64,000 bases of DNA, taken from assembly GCF_006345805.1 (NCBI RefSeq), contig NC_043003.1, positions 23,188,001 through 23,252,000 on the forward strand, written 5' to 3'. The notes under the pieces were generated by a model. It did no database searches and had not been told where the DNA came from. It worked only from the letters and a program-made list of their open reading frames with translations. Both the position numbers and the translations under genes were made by a program. The DNA comes from Octopus sinensis (lineage: Eukaryota). Shown piece after piece: positions 39,460 to 53,029 of the stretch. Position 1 is the first letter of the stretch; every line of letters begins with the position of its first letter.

Positions 39460-40560
39460 TTGTATCGAGAAATTCACGGATAATTCTTGCTGATCCAAGA
39501 AAAGCTGATTTTGTCAGCAGCATACATCCACAGATTGAGATTTTGCTTTCAACGGTTACCTCTCAAATTTCCTCAACATTTCCCAAGATCCAAATGATAA
39601 TTGGCAGGATTATGACCTTGTCATCTTCTTTCTTCCAGTATTTCAGAATATTATACTTCAAGACAGAAGGATATTTTACAATATCTTTTACACTTACATT
39701 GATTCTTTCATAAATTTGGCATGCTGCGTCAGTTAAATGGCATACTTCCTTCTCGTTATCAAATACTAAAATATTCCATCTAATGATCTATTCTTCTTTC
39801 GGCTTGTATAAGAAATTCTCATAAAACCAACATTCATCGCTTTGGAGGACTTTCATTTAAGTTTCAACAAAACGGTATTAGCTCTTTTCATTGCTTCAAG
39901 ACCTTGAGAGAATTCCAGTGAAGCTGCATTTATATAGATTAGAAGGGGAAACAAAGAGACATTTCTCTTCTCATGTTTGTAATAGCACTGGTCTCTTTGT
40001 TGATTATTTGAAACAACACTAGAGATGAATTTTTCAGTAGGAACCAGCATGGGATATTGAAGCATCTTCCATTTATGGACGATTTAAAAGTTTATGAGAA
40101 AGGCAAGAATCAGTTGGATTCCTCACAGTACAAACCGAAACGATATTTTGTAGTGGCACTGAGATAATATTCAAAATCGAGAAGCATGTTATATTGCACA
40201 TGAAGTAGGCAATAAAAATGAAAATATACTTAAGAGTAAAACAATGTAAAAGAATCATTTCAGTAGTTTGGAATACTGGAAATGATAAAATCAAAAAGTA
40301 TAGCAATGAGAAAATATTCCTGAAGAATGATGAAAGTAATGTAATTCAAATACATTGTGAGGAAATAAACAAAAAAATACTTTGAGGGTAGTGTCAGTAA
40401 TAAAGTATGAAATAGGATTTACTGAGTGGAAGAAGTATAAATTCAAGGAATTCTATAGATTGGAGTCCAAAATGTACGGAAACAGGCAACCTACCAAACA
40501 GCTTTGTATTGTTTATACAGGACAAATCCAGAAGGAAGTGGGATTGTGAGCGTTGAGCAT
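39460..40560. mobile_element. Old R4-type retrotransposon remnant with the RLE domain on - and the RT on +
   Basis: Minus 39460-39850: ILVFDNEKEVCHLTDAAC...KVIILPIIIWILG...KSAFLGSARII. Plus 39930-40560: IRRG..QRDISLLMFVIAL, HLPFMDDLKVY (FMDD 40072-40083), VSVIKYEIGFTEWKK, LYRTNPEGSGIVSVE. Confidence 0.7.
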
Positions 40561-42859
40561 ATATCGGACCGATGTAAAACAAGTAACTTTACTTCTTTCC
40601 CAAAGCGATAGATAGTATGTGTATTGCTAAGATATCCCAGAGTCCGTCCTTCGCGAGCAGAAGAGAATTGGACTTTATTCGTTTAAAGTCGTACGAGGCC
40701 AAACCATCAGCTCATCAAAGCTCGTGAAATTCTTACTGCTTGAATTGACAAGATATTGTTGCCACAGTTACATTTTAAATAAATGTCCTAATAAAGCGTT
40801 ACTAGACATAGATTATTGCCTTTCTGGACATAGAGGACGCTGGACATAGAGGTTTGTCTTTCACACTACACCTCGGCCGACTTTATCACTGAATTGTCAG
40901 CAATGGAATGATAATATGTTTCTGAACTTACGCCAATCTGATGCTGTATCATCAGCCGAGATTCTCAGACTGGGCGTGTTGCAGTAATGTAGGACGAGGT
41001 CTCTGAAGGTGCCTGGGATATAATTCACGAGTAAAATTACTTCAGTCAGCTTGATGGGTGTCCATAGGCATTTGTAATGCTCAACACCTGGGCATTAATC
41101 TAACAGGTTAAACTTTTTTTCTTATGAGCTACCTTGCTTAACTGGATAACAACCGTTAAGCATTTCAGACACAGTATCACATTTGGAATACCTGCTTTCT
41201 GAACTGAAGTATCAATGTGCCTGTTTAACAGATATCGAGAAATAATACAGGTAAAAACATTTCAACTCAGAGTAGTAAGAATATTCTAACTAAAATGACA
41301 AATGTTCTCCAGTTTTTCCTATTTGGAAGCCACCTTCCCACTTCATTGTTGGGTTCCTGCACCTCTGCTGATAAGCTTCCTTCTTATTTCATCAGAATAC
41401 TGATTGGCAGTTTGTAGTGAATAAAAGCTATCTTTCGAGCGCGTGTACACATACAAACACACACTCACTCGCACCACGCGCGCGCACTCACACACACAAC
41501 CTCTGTGAATAGATAACAGCGTGTGCGCGGAAGGCGGCGAGCTGGCAGAACCGTTAGCACGCCGGGCGAAATACGCAGCCGCATTTCGTCTGCCGTTACG
41601 TTCTGATTTCAAATTCCGCCGAGGTCGACTTTGCCTTTCCTCCTTTCGGAGTCGATTAAATAAATACCAGTTACGCACTGGGGTCGATGTAATCGACTTA
41701 TTCCGTTTGTCTGTCCTAGTGTTCCCCCTGTGTTTAGCTCCTTGTGGATAATAAAGAAATAGGTATTCGTCTGCCGTTACGTTCTGAGTTCAAATTCTGC
41801 CGAGGTCGGCTTGCCTTTCAGCCTTTCGGGGGTCGATTAAACAAGTACCAGTTACGCACTGGGGTCAATATAATTGATTAATCCATTTGTCTGTCCTTGT
41901 TTGTCCCCTCTCTGTGTAGCCCCTTGTGGGCAGTAAAGAAATAACAGCGTTTGCGCGCTCTGTGATTAGTTATTCCAAACAGACCCGAAAGCAATCAGAC
42001 CGATACCCCCTTTGTGTGCACAAAGATATTGTATAATTCTTTATTGCATCCTATTATACATTAACATTTGTATATATATTTGTGCCTATCTATAAGTCTG
42101 TATTTAACGGTATATGTTTCGCATTGGTATGTGTATGATTATCTATCTCTCTCCTCCCCCTCTCTTCATCCTCCTCTTTTTCTTTTCCTCCTTTCTCTCT
42201 TCCTCACTCTCTTTTCCTGTCTGTTTTTGTCTCTGTCTCTATCTCTCTCTTCCTCCCTGCGGTTGTGCCTGCATATTCTTGGAACTAATGTAATCCATAT
42301 CTTCAAGTACTTAACAAGTATCTCTTAAGGTGTTTAGCTCAATAAATTTTGTATAAGAGTACAGTGATAGATGAACAGAGAAGAGTGGTGGATAAAATAC
42401 CTTACGGTATTTAAATGCGGCCTTTTAGTTCCTGAGTTGAAATTCCGTCCAGCTGAACTTTGCCACCTCTTATTCTAGGGCGAGTAAAAAAATGATGCTA
42501 TGAGCAGTATATTGAACGACTTTACTCCCGCCTTAAACGTTAGTCTTTTACCTGTGTCATAAGCCACAGCATCTGCGTTTCTATTCTTCTTACCAAAATT
42601 TTTTTCAGTAGACACGTCAGAAATTTAGTGTTAACTAAAAAAACTAATATATATATATATATATATATAAGTTTATGATATAAAAAAAAACGCCGAAAGT
42701 AAAACATAAAAAGTAACGCTATTGGTAAAATAACTAGTTTGCTGAATGAAACATTGTGAAAACTTATTTCCTCATATTTCATAACTATTCATTTCGTCTT
42801 TTATTTATGTACATTTGTATATTTTCATTGACGCTTTTAAGTAATCCAGTTACGTTGTA

Positions 42860-42893
<34 letters not shown>

Positions 42894-43059
42894 TTAAATA
42901 TATTTGTATTATTTATTTCTACAGTCATACACTTTGCTATTTGTTCACGGATACGAGTATAACGTAATTTATACTTTGTTATATATTTAACTTATTCTAT
43001 TTTCTATGTTCCTGTTTACAGTTTTCGTTCGTATTTCTTTGAAAAAATATCAATACCAA

Positions 43060-43090
<31 letters not shown>

Positions 43091-43128
43091 GTATGTATAT
43101 ATACATATATATATATACATATATATAC

Positions 43129-43160
<32 letters not shown>

Positions 43161-43309
43161 GTGTGTATATATATACGTACATATATATATATACATACAT
43201 ATATATATATACATATATACATATATATATATATTATACATGTATACATACATATATATATATACATATATATATACATACATGTATATATACACATATA
43301 TATACATAC

Positions 43310-43356
<47 letters not shown>

Positions 43357-44279
43357 TAGATAGATAGATAGATAGATATATACATGTGCTTGTGTGCGCG
43401 GGAGTGTGCGTGCGTGTGTGTATGTATATATATATATATTTATATTTACAGCTGTGTATATATATATATATATGTGTGTGTATACACACACGTATGAATA
43501 TATAAAGATGCATATATGTATATATCTAATGTTAGAAAATATAAAGGAAAATAAATGGTTTCTTTGAAAATATGGTAGTGACAGCTACCCAAATCAATTT
43601 TTCTTCAGTCTCTATAGCGATCCATTCACACGTAAGAAAATGGTTTGATAACGTTGCAAAAATTTTTTTGGTGAAGATCTGACAGATTCTGAGAATAAAT
43701 GAAAAGTAGCAGAGTACGTTCTTTGATGTTGTAGCGAAAGTCACTTCCGATGATATCTTTACTTAATTGGTCCATCGCACTCGACTCCCCAAAATCTATT
43801 CATCTTTTTATATGTGTATCTTATTTATTTCGTTAACTTTGTATATGTTTTTTTTTCTGTTGTAGGCAAGTAGCTTCCCTTGTGTGTATATCTATTAGTA
43901 TAAGAAAAGAAGTCTGTTGAGTAATAATGGGTGATTTCGTTTAGGTATGTATGCATGTATGAGAACCATATATGATTTGGGAGTGAAAGTACATTAAATA
44001 ATACATAGAGGAAACCTTGTAGAATATTGAGAATTGAGGGAAAGTGGAGTTACTTTTTTATTCATTGTCATACCACAACGTGAAACGACTGACATACACA
44101 CCCGTATAAATACATTAACAGCTATGCACGCAAATGCGTTAATACTGACGTAGTAATTATCTTGAGCATAAGACAATACTTCTGATGAAGGAGATTTTCG
44201 GGAACATACAGGGTGTTGGCAAATGATATCCATAAGTTAAGGATTAATAACTTAACACAAAAGGATGTGTGGTGAAAAA

Positions 44280-44455
<176 letters not shown>

Positions 44456-44669
44456 TATATATCTATCTAGCTAGCTACTTATCACTCTTCCTCTCTCTCA
44501 CACACTCTCTCTCTTCCTCACTGTCTCTCTCACATACTCTCTCTCTATGTATATGTGCGTTTGTGTATATATGTATGTATGTATACATCAATCTATATAT
44601 ATATAGAGAGATAGATATGCATATATATATATGTACATACATACATACATACATACATACATACATACA

Positions 44670-44707
<38 letters not shown>

Positions 44708-44739
44708 CAAAAATAATTGAGATTCAGATGAATTATATA

Positions 44740-45580
44740 CTTAAGTTGAAGTACCAAAACTTTCTGCGATATTCTCCGTATAACTTCAAAATAAGGTGAC
44801 TAAAATCAAAAGAAACAACAGGATAGCCAGAGGTGATGCAGTACGGCAGTTTGAAGCGGCTCCATTTAATTGAACAATGCAACCATGACATCAATTTAAA
44901 TGCAGGGCTTTCCTCAGCTGCATAAATAAATAAATAGAATTTATGACCCTAACAAATTTTTCCTGATGTCTTGTTACCCTCGTAGATGATTTAAGTAAAA
45001 TTATACAAATGTGTCCGACTGATTAAATAAATTCTATTTATTTCTTTATGCAGGTGAGGATAGCTCTGCATTCAAATTGATGTAATAAATGCATTGTTCA
45101 ATTAAATGGAGCCGCTTGAAACGGTCGTACTTCATCACCTCTGGATATCCTGTTGCTTTTGGTGAACTCGGAATTTTGGGCCTCCAACTAGGCCTTTGTA
45201 TCAGTGATCACTTCCGAATCGGAGTGAAATTTCGTTTCCCTGAGATATTTCTTTAGTAGTGGAAAGAGAAGTTTGACGGAGGGGGCTATGTCAGGAGGGT
45301 AAGGAGGATGGTTTACCAAATTAAAGCTAAATTAGCGTATTTTCTTTCCAGTTTCATGGGTTATGTGTGCTGGTGCATAGTCCTGCAAAAATAGAGCCTA
45401 ACAGCACAGCCTTGAACAGCGTTTCTGCTCCAAAGTTTCACACAGTTCGTCCAACAGAAACAAGTAGTATTCTGCATCGATTGTGCGACCGTTTGGCAGG
45501 TATTTTATAAGAAGTACTCCGTTTTAACCCAGATCACTGAAGCCAGAATCTTTCCAGCTGACTTGTTCACGTCCTATTTT
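44740..45580 (-). mobile_element. Mariner transposase C-terminal remnant, apparently interrupted by the 44805-45165 fold-back element
   Basis: KSAGKILASV, KYLPNGRTIDAEYY, FLQDYAPAH, HPPYPPDIAPS, LKKYLRETKFHSDSEVI. The left-hand continuation at 44740-44800 is weak. Confidence 0.7.
44805..45165. mobile_element. Fold-back element (~140-bp arms) with degenerate hammerhead motifs
   Basis: Minus 44836-44923: atgcag CTGAGGA aagc..gctt CAAAC tgcc GTA ctgcat. Plus 45048-45135: atgcag GTGAGGA tagc..gctt GAAAC ggtc GTA cttcat. Confidence 0.7.
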
Positions 45581-46464
45581 TTTTACAGATTGAAATAAAA
45601 TTATTTGCAACAGGATTTTAAAATAAATAAAAGCTCTGTGAAGGGTTACACTGGAAATGAAATATTAGTATCATTCCACGGTGATATATACGTTATAAAT
45701 ATGTATACACCCACCGATATTTTAATGCAAGGTGTTTTCAAGTGCACATATTAAATAAGATGATAGTACTAACTAATTATTCATACGCCGCATACTGAAC
45801 GCATGAAAAACCCCTTGTGGGAAACGGTGCTAAATATTTTACAAGATCTAATCACACATTTTATCACACATTTAACGATACTGAAATAACTGCTGTAGAA
45901 GTATACATAACGAATGATCCAGTTCGCGAACGGTATACGTATTTCAGCACCCGTAATTTCAATTTAAATTTCCTTTTCATTAGGTAAATCAAAGCTGGTT
46001 TGTGTGTGTGTGTGTGTATGTGTGCGTGTGTGTGTGTGTAGCATTTGTGCAGTATACTGGTCACCGAAGGTTGTTAAACAACTTACTGACTGGACATTTT
46101 CACCTTCGCTCCTAATATGCTTTTGTTGTTGCTGATGACAGTGTAACTCAGAGACTACTTACTCAGCCATGTTAAGCTTATCTCTACAGATCTTATATAG
46201 AAATTATAGTCAGCACGAATTCTCTTACGACGTTTCATAGCCGTGACGCCTAATTTAAAAAACAATGAGATCAAAGATGGAAAATGGGTAATGTCACTTG
46301 CTAAGGTCATCTCTACAAATTTTCTATAGAGATAGCATTAACAATTGATGTTATAGCACTGCGAGCACAGTAGAACACAGTATTGACGTATAAAAGCGTT
46401 TAATATATGTTCCAGTGTATTATGGTTTCAAAACGAAATACGGCGTCCCTACAAGCTATTAATT

Positions 46465-46758
46465 GTTTGTTCCTTCTCGATCATGCCTGGCTCATAAGGG
46501 CTGGTTTCCTTGTCGTATAGGTTCCCCACCTGGACGGCACGCCGGTCCGTCGCAGGTGAGCTGCAAGATGCAGAAGGAAAGAGTGACAGAAAGTTATGGC
46601 GAAAGAGTCAGCAGAAGTTGGCCATTTCCTTCTGCCGGAGCCGCGTGGAGCTTAGGTATTTCGCTCATAAACCCACACACACCGTCCGATCTGAGATTCG
46701 AACCCGCGATCCCTCGACCACAAGTCCGCTGCTCTAACCACTAGGCCATGTGCCTTCA
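46465..46758 (-). mobile_element. tRNA-derived SINE, same family as 22044-22365
   Basis: Reverse complement matches the head and body of 22044-22365. Confidence 0.8.
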
Positions 46759-49700
46759 CACAAGTTATTAATACCTGCTCAGAATGAGCAGCTCTATAAT
46801 CGAATATATAAACATTTTATTTAATCCCTCCTTTCTTTTATGTAATATGTATTCAGGGCTATATTATTCTAGGATTTTAAGTACGCATATATACTTTCCG
46901 AAAGTGATATAGCTGCTATATTTCGCTATATCACTGGCCATATGGAGGTTTATTTATTTGCTGATGCATTCTTTCACATATACGACGAGAGTTTATGGAT
47001 ATCAATCGTAAAGTGAGACATTGTCTCCAATATAATATCATATTAATCATAGCTATACCATACTCCGAGTTCACGATATGATTGATTGCAATAGTTTTCT
47101 CACAGACTCCACTCCACGTTTATTTAAATTCCAACCGAAGCTCAATAAAACTCTCTGCAGCTTCAGTGTACTTAATGTCCATAGAAACATATGGTTCTTC
47201 TATTACAAGATACCACATTAAGTTTTCTATACCTTTTTGGTTGTGTCCCATTATCACAAGTTAACGCTGTAAAGGTTGTATGCTTCTTTGATTATCACCT
47301 TGATTCTGAGGACTCTGCTTCTCAGTCAATTAAGGTATTTCTACAGTCTTCAGATTACATCCGCATCAGATTGCAGCAGTTTACTTGCCGTCTTTACTAT
47401 TGCTGTTAAAGGTGGTAAGTTGCTGTTTCTTTCATTCCATAGAGTTGTTCATACATTTCCTGTTTTTATGTCAAACATAAAGTGGAACGGTTGATTTAAT
47501 TAAGAATTTCTTGACTCCAGGAAATTCTGAATTGATGTTTGATTGGACATAGGATATCGTTTCTTTATTCATTCATACTAGTTGCTTATCTCCGAATGGT
47601 TTATGAAGAGATGCCTTCAAAATTTAAGATACTGTCAATGTTTGTTCGACTAAGTTTCTAATTATTCAAATGAAACCATTACGAGCTAGGTCAACTATCT
47701 CACCACTGGTAAATCTTTTTCATATCGGAATGACATATTCAGTAGCGGAGTAAGGAGAGATTGGAAGAAGATTAACGGAGAGACTGATGACTGCCTTCTC
47801 ACCATGTATTTGTGAGCTTGTTGATGGTGTTGTTACGAGAAGTCACTTTTTTGTTTGTGGTGTGTCCGGACCGGGCTGGACTTGAATTTAAGACTTTGGC
47901 CAATTGACACATCTAAACCGCCTGGCTAGATGTTAACTTGAGCACACCTCTCCTAGAAGTGCCCAAGATAAAAATACTTGCGGATACAGATTGGGAAGTC
48001 GTTTATTTCTCAGATTAAAACTATTCATATGTAGTTCTCTGTATTGTATGAGGTATGACGATCCCGTAAAGCAGATTTCATATTTAGAGATTACTCAATT
48101 CATTTAAATTTTTTTTCAAATTTTGGCAGAAGTTAAGTAATTTCACGGACGAGCTAAGTAGATTACATCAACACCAGTAATTATCTGGAACGTATTTTAT
48201 CGTCCGCGAAAGGAAGAAAGGCAAAGTCAAACCCGGCTGAATTTGAAAAACCACTTTAATATTAAATGCTGGTTCAGTATAGGGAGCTGGCAGAATCGTT
48301 GGCACACCGGGCAAAATGCTTAACGGTATTATTTCGTTCGTCTTATTTCGAACTAAATTCGTCTTAGTTCGTCTTAACGGTATTATTTAGTTCATTAAGG
48401 CGGCGAGCTGGCAGAAACGTTAGCACGCCGGGCGAAATGCTTAGCGTTATTTAGTCTGCCGCTACGTTCTGAGTTCAAATTTCGGCGAGTTTACTTTGCC
48501 TTTCATTCTTTCGGGGTCGATTAAATAAGTACCAGTTACGCACTGGGGTCGATATTATCGACTTAATCCGTTTGTCTATCCTTGTTTGTCCTCTCCGTGT
48601 TTAGCCCCTTGTGGGTAGTAAAGAAATAGGTATTTCATCCGTCTTTACGTTCTGAGTTCAAATTCTGCGAGGTTGACTTTACCTTCCAGCCTTCTGAGGT
48701 CGATGAAACAAGTACCAGTTGGGGCTTAAGGTCGATGTAATCGACTATGCCTTCCTCCCCACCCCGGACTTGTTAGAATCTTGTGCCTAAATCTGAAACC
48801 AATATCAAATGCTGCTGAATGAAAGCTGCTTTTCATAGCAAGTTCTTATATAAAAGACTTTACATGCGTTGAGCTATCGGACAGACAGTGTTTTGTATGT
48901 TAAAACTGGCCAAGTGAGACATACATGTTTGTGATTTTTCTCTAGCTATATCCAGATCATTATCAATATCACCAAGCGATAATGTTAAAAAGTATTGTAG
49001 AGAACATAAATAATTGAGTATATTAAACCAAAATAATAAAAAAAAAGCTGGCAACAAGGTAGAAAACAAATAAAAGCTAAATATGTGCTTGCAGACAGAG
49101 ATAATCTACCCGAACTAAACTATCCACTGGAGGTTTACAACTTTAAATAATTTCAGCGAGGAAACTACAAGAGAGTCGCAGCTATTTAACTTAGAATCCA
49201 GTACGGTTGGATTGTTTTCCATAGCATAAAAACCGACAAAATTTTTTTCAGATCATTAAATAGAATGTCATTATCCTCTGCACTGACACATTACCTATTG
49301 TATAAGCTGTTTGTTTTGCAATATTATCCTTATGTGTCTCATTCACTAAACTTTGCACAATGGTTTTCTTTGATGTTTCACTTTGCAAAATTGAAATTGC
49401 TCTGTGTATGTTGTAATTTTGTAATCATCATCAGTTTTGGTTGCATCTATCGAAAACGATCGAGTGAGTTTTCTATTATACGTTTTATTTTATCAGTTTT
49501 ATTTATTCATTTAACTAACAACTTTATAGCTGTTTGTATAGAGTTAAGTGTTTTATAAAGAACCGATAACTTGTTCGACAGGAATATTTGTTGTTGCGTT
49601 GTTGCTTAGCAATCTTACAAAACCATAGGTTTGTTTTGAAATAAAGAACAGGCTCGATTACATGGTTGGGGAAAGGTAGCTCAAGGTCGAGATATCTAGA

Positions 49701-49762
49701 TTATAGAACTGATCGATGAGGGTAAAAACGGTGGGGCAATCTAAACAACTGTTTATAAGAGC

Positions 49763-49805
<43 letters not shown>

Positions 49806-49934
49806 TATATATGTGTGTGTATATACAGGAGTAAGCGCAGAAATGCAAAAGAAGGTGGAAAAAGTAGTACTCCAATGCCGAAGGTAGGGTGGTATTTTTT
49901 TTTTTTTTTGTTAAAGCGGCAAAAACATCACAAA

Positions 49935-50040
49935 AAAGATGCTACTCACGTTCCCGGAGGTCGGGCAGGTGTAATCAAGAATCTTGATCACGATCACAAC
50001 TGCCTGACGTACGGGAACGTGAAGCTCCTGGTAGCAGTTT
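49935..50040. mobile_element. Small hairpin element with a degenerate hammerhead motif
   Basis: cacgttcccg...cgggaacgtg arms. Plus 49998-50039: aactgc CTGACGT acg-ggaa-cgt GAAGC tcctg GTA gcagtt. Confidence 0.55.
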
Positions 50041-50149
50041 ATGTGATATATATATGTACTTCCTATGTACTTTGTAATTTTCCCTTCTTCCCAGTATTGT
50101 TTTCTGTTTTTTTATACGACCTCATGTACACTTTATCACCAATTAAAAA

Positions 50150-51230
50150 AAATTTTAGATTGTCTTCCCTGCTACTTTTTCTCTCCTCGCCAGGCAACAG
50201 TTTATCAAGTTCAGGTGAGTTTCCTCGCCAGGTAACAGTTTCATCACTTTAGCTGTTGAGCTTCCTGCTGGTGCACTGGGGTTCGGTGTCAGCCTGTACA
50301 CCATTAGAAATTGCTGCCGAGCAACTACGTTTGTGGCTTCCTTGTTTGCTTTTCTCAAAGCTCTTTTAAAAGTGTTCACAAAACACTCTGCCTGTCCATT
50401 TGATCTGGGATGGTAAGACGCTATCGTTTTATGTTCTACTGTGAACATAAACCGGGAGTGGCTGTGTGGTAAGTAGCTTGTTTACCAACCACATGGTTCC
50501 GAGTTCAGTCCCACTGCGTGGCATCTTGGGCAAGTGTCTTCTACTATAGCCTCGGGCCGACCAAAGCCTTGTGAGTGGATTTGGTAGATGGAAACTGAAA
50601 GAAGCCCGTCGTATATATGTATATGTATATATACATGTGTGTGTTTGTGTGTCTGTGTTTGCACCCTAGCATTGCTTGACAACCGATGCTGGTTTATGTC
50701 ACCGTTACTTAGCGGTTCGGCAAAAGAGATCGATAGAATAAGTACTGGGCTTACAAAAGAATAAGTCCCGGGGTCGAGTTGCTCGGTTAAAGGCGGTGCT
50801 CCAGCATGGCCGCAGTCAAATGACTGAAACAAGTAAAAGAGTAAAAAGCGAGATTTCGCAGTATTTTCTAAATTCACTGGACACAAAATGCATTCCATAG
50901 TCAGATACAATCACGTCCGGGATTACAAATCTTGCAAGTAATTTGTACAAAAAAAATTATTACCGTTGCGTAGTCTTTTGCATTTAAAAATTTCAGGCCA
51001 TTTCCTAAAACTCTCAACTACTACTAAGTAGTAATACCCATTTAACGGACCCGCAAAATCGATATGTAGTCTTTTACTACTGACCAAGGCTCCCATTTTT
51101 GAGTAGGCTATTTCGCTGCAGCCTTTTACTATGTTTTCGACTTCCTTGTCCATCTTCGGCCATTACGCATAACTGCACATAAGCGCTTTCATGCATGTGA
51201 TCTCCGTAAAATTTCACGATTCCTGGTCTA
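50150..51230 (-). mobile_element. Ty3/Gypsy integrase pseudogene split by a SINE (50453-50846)
   Basis: PGIVK...WPKMDKEVENIVKGC (HHCC region), RLHIDFAGPLNGYYYLVVV, IPDVIVSDYG-like segment, YHPRSNGQAECFVNTFKRAL. Confidence 0.85.
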
Positions 51231-51399
51231 AAATTGTTTAGTGTGCGTGATCGTAGTGGGCTGATCAGGAGGGAGAGGAGCTTGTAGTTGACATAGGCAT
51301 GAGGTGACAATTGATGGGGTTGAGTGCGATGTGTAGGGTTTCTTCTTGGTGTTATTTTAGTTTTAAGCTTAGTGTTGTGGATAAAATAGATTTTTTTTT

Positions 51400-51640
51400 C
51401 GCGGAAGCCGCTTATTTGGAGACCTGATAGGGGGTGTGAGTGTCAATTTCTTCGTTAGCGGATAAGTTAGAGATTCCGATATATATGCCTGTGACTACGC
51501 TATTAAGGGTAAGGTTAGGGTGATTAGAGAGGATATTTATGTATTGTAAAGATTGGTTGATTTTATGGAAAGGGCGATATAGATTAGAGTTTAAGTCGAG
51601 AGTAACGTCTAAAATATTGACCACCTAAGTGTCAATTTCG
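51400..51640 (-). mobile_element. Penelope-like element RT C-terminal (thumb/linker) fragment
   Basis: VNILDVTLDLNSNLYRPFHK...YINILSNHP...ISNLSANEEI resembles the PLE motif FLDV.LDL....YRPY.KP....YI...SNHP. Confidence 0.7.
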
Positions 51641-52101
51641 AATGAAATACTTAGGTTGTATGTGTGTGTGTGTGTGTGTTTGTGTGTGTACGTATGTATA
51701 TGCCTATGTAAGTATGTGAGTATTCCGTTACTACTGAGTCAGAGGGAGATCGAACTTTCCTCCTGGGACGTCCGTGAATTTCAGGAAATGCTCGCGGGAG
51801 AAACTACAATAGCTGGATGAACATCTCGTTAGGGAACTTGACACATGTAAAGGGTGTTATAATGAAGGTTAACAGTACATTCGTTAATTAGACTGCGGAA
51901 TGTAGCATTCTATCAATAGAATATACGTATCTGTGACACATCTTGTTAGAGTCTGGTAATCTTATCGACAAGTGTATAATGTAGAATGGATGAGTGACGA
52001 TGGAAAGCAGTATACCTTAACTTGTGAAATGGACATTTGACTGGTGTGTTTAAATTGAAAACCATTATTATTGTTTAATTGATCTCACTCTCTCTCTCCC
52101 C

Positions 52102-52144
<43 letters not shown>

Positions 52145-52205
52145 CTATCTATCTATCTATCTTCTATCTATCTATATATATCTATCTATCTATATATATC
52201 TATCT

Positions 52206-52266
<61 letters not shown>

Positions 52267-52269
52267 ATA

Positions 52270-52308
<39 letters not shown>

Positions 52309-52333
52309 GTCTATCTATCTATCTATCTATCTA

Positions 52334-52393
<60 letters not shown>

Positions 52394-52891
52394 TCTATCT
52401 CTGTCTATCTTTCTATCTACCTTTACTTACATACACACACACATACATACATACATGCATGCATACATACATGCATGCATACATACATACATGCATACAT
52501 ACATACACACATACATACATACACACTCATATACACATACATATATACATACAGACATACATACGTATAAAATGTAACGCCTATTTCTATACTGTGTCTA
52601 CCGTATTCTGCTGTTATTTAAAGATATTCTTCAAAACAATGTGAAGGCTAATTCATCATACAGACGAACACACGAAGACGCACACGTGTGTGTCTGTGTG
52701 ATGAATGAAATTCGATATTATTTCATTGAACACACACAGACACACGCACGCACACTCATATGCACATGCGCACGCACACATACACGCCTACACATGCGCA
52801 CACGCACACGCACATTCACAAACATACAAATACTATTTCATATATGTATGTTTTATGTACAGGAGCACCCAAGCTCCACATACATAATTGC

Positions 52892-52950
<59 letters not shown>

Positions 52951-52985
52951 TATATACATATATATATACATATATATATATACGT

Positions 52986-53029
<44 letters not shown>

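Noticed and set aside
42997-43513. Numerous 60-170 aa ORFs rich in Y/I/H/T/C/V (also near 4250, 9400, 52800, 59600, 61700)
   Set aside because: They are translations of (TA)n, (TACA)n and (TATC)n microsatellites.
47090-48050. Possible very old LINE remnant on the minus strand (similar hint at 21400-21780)
   Set aside because: Only scattered weak motif resemblance; needs a profile search.
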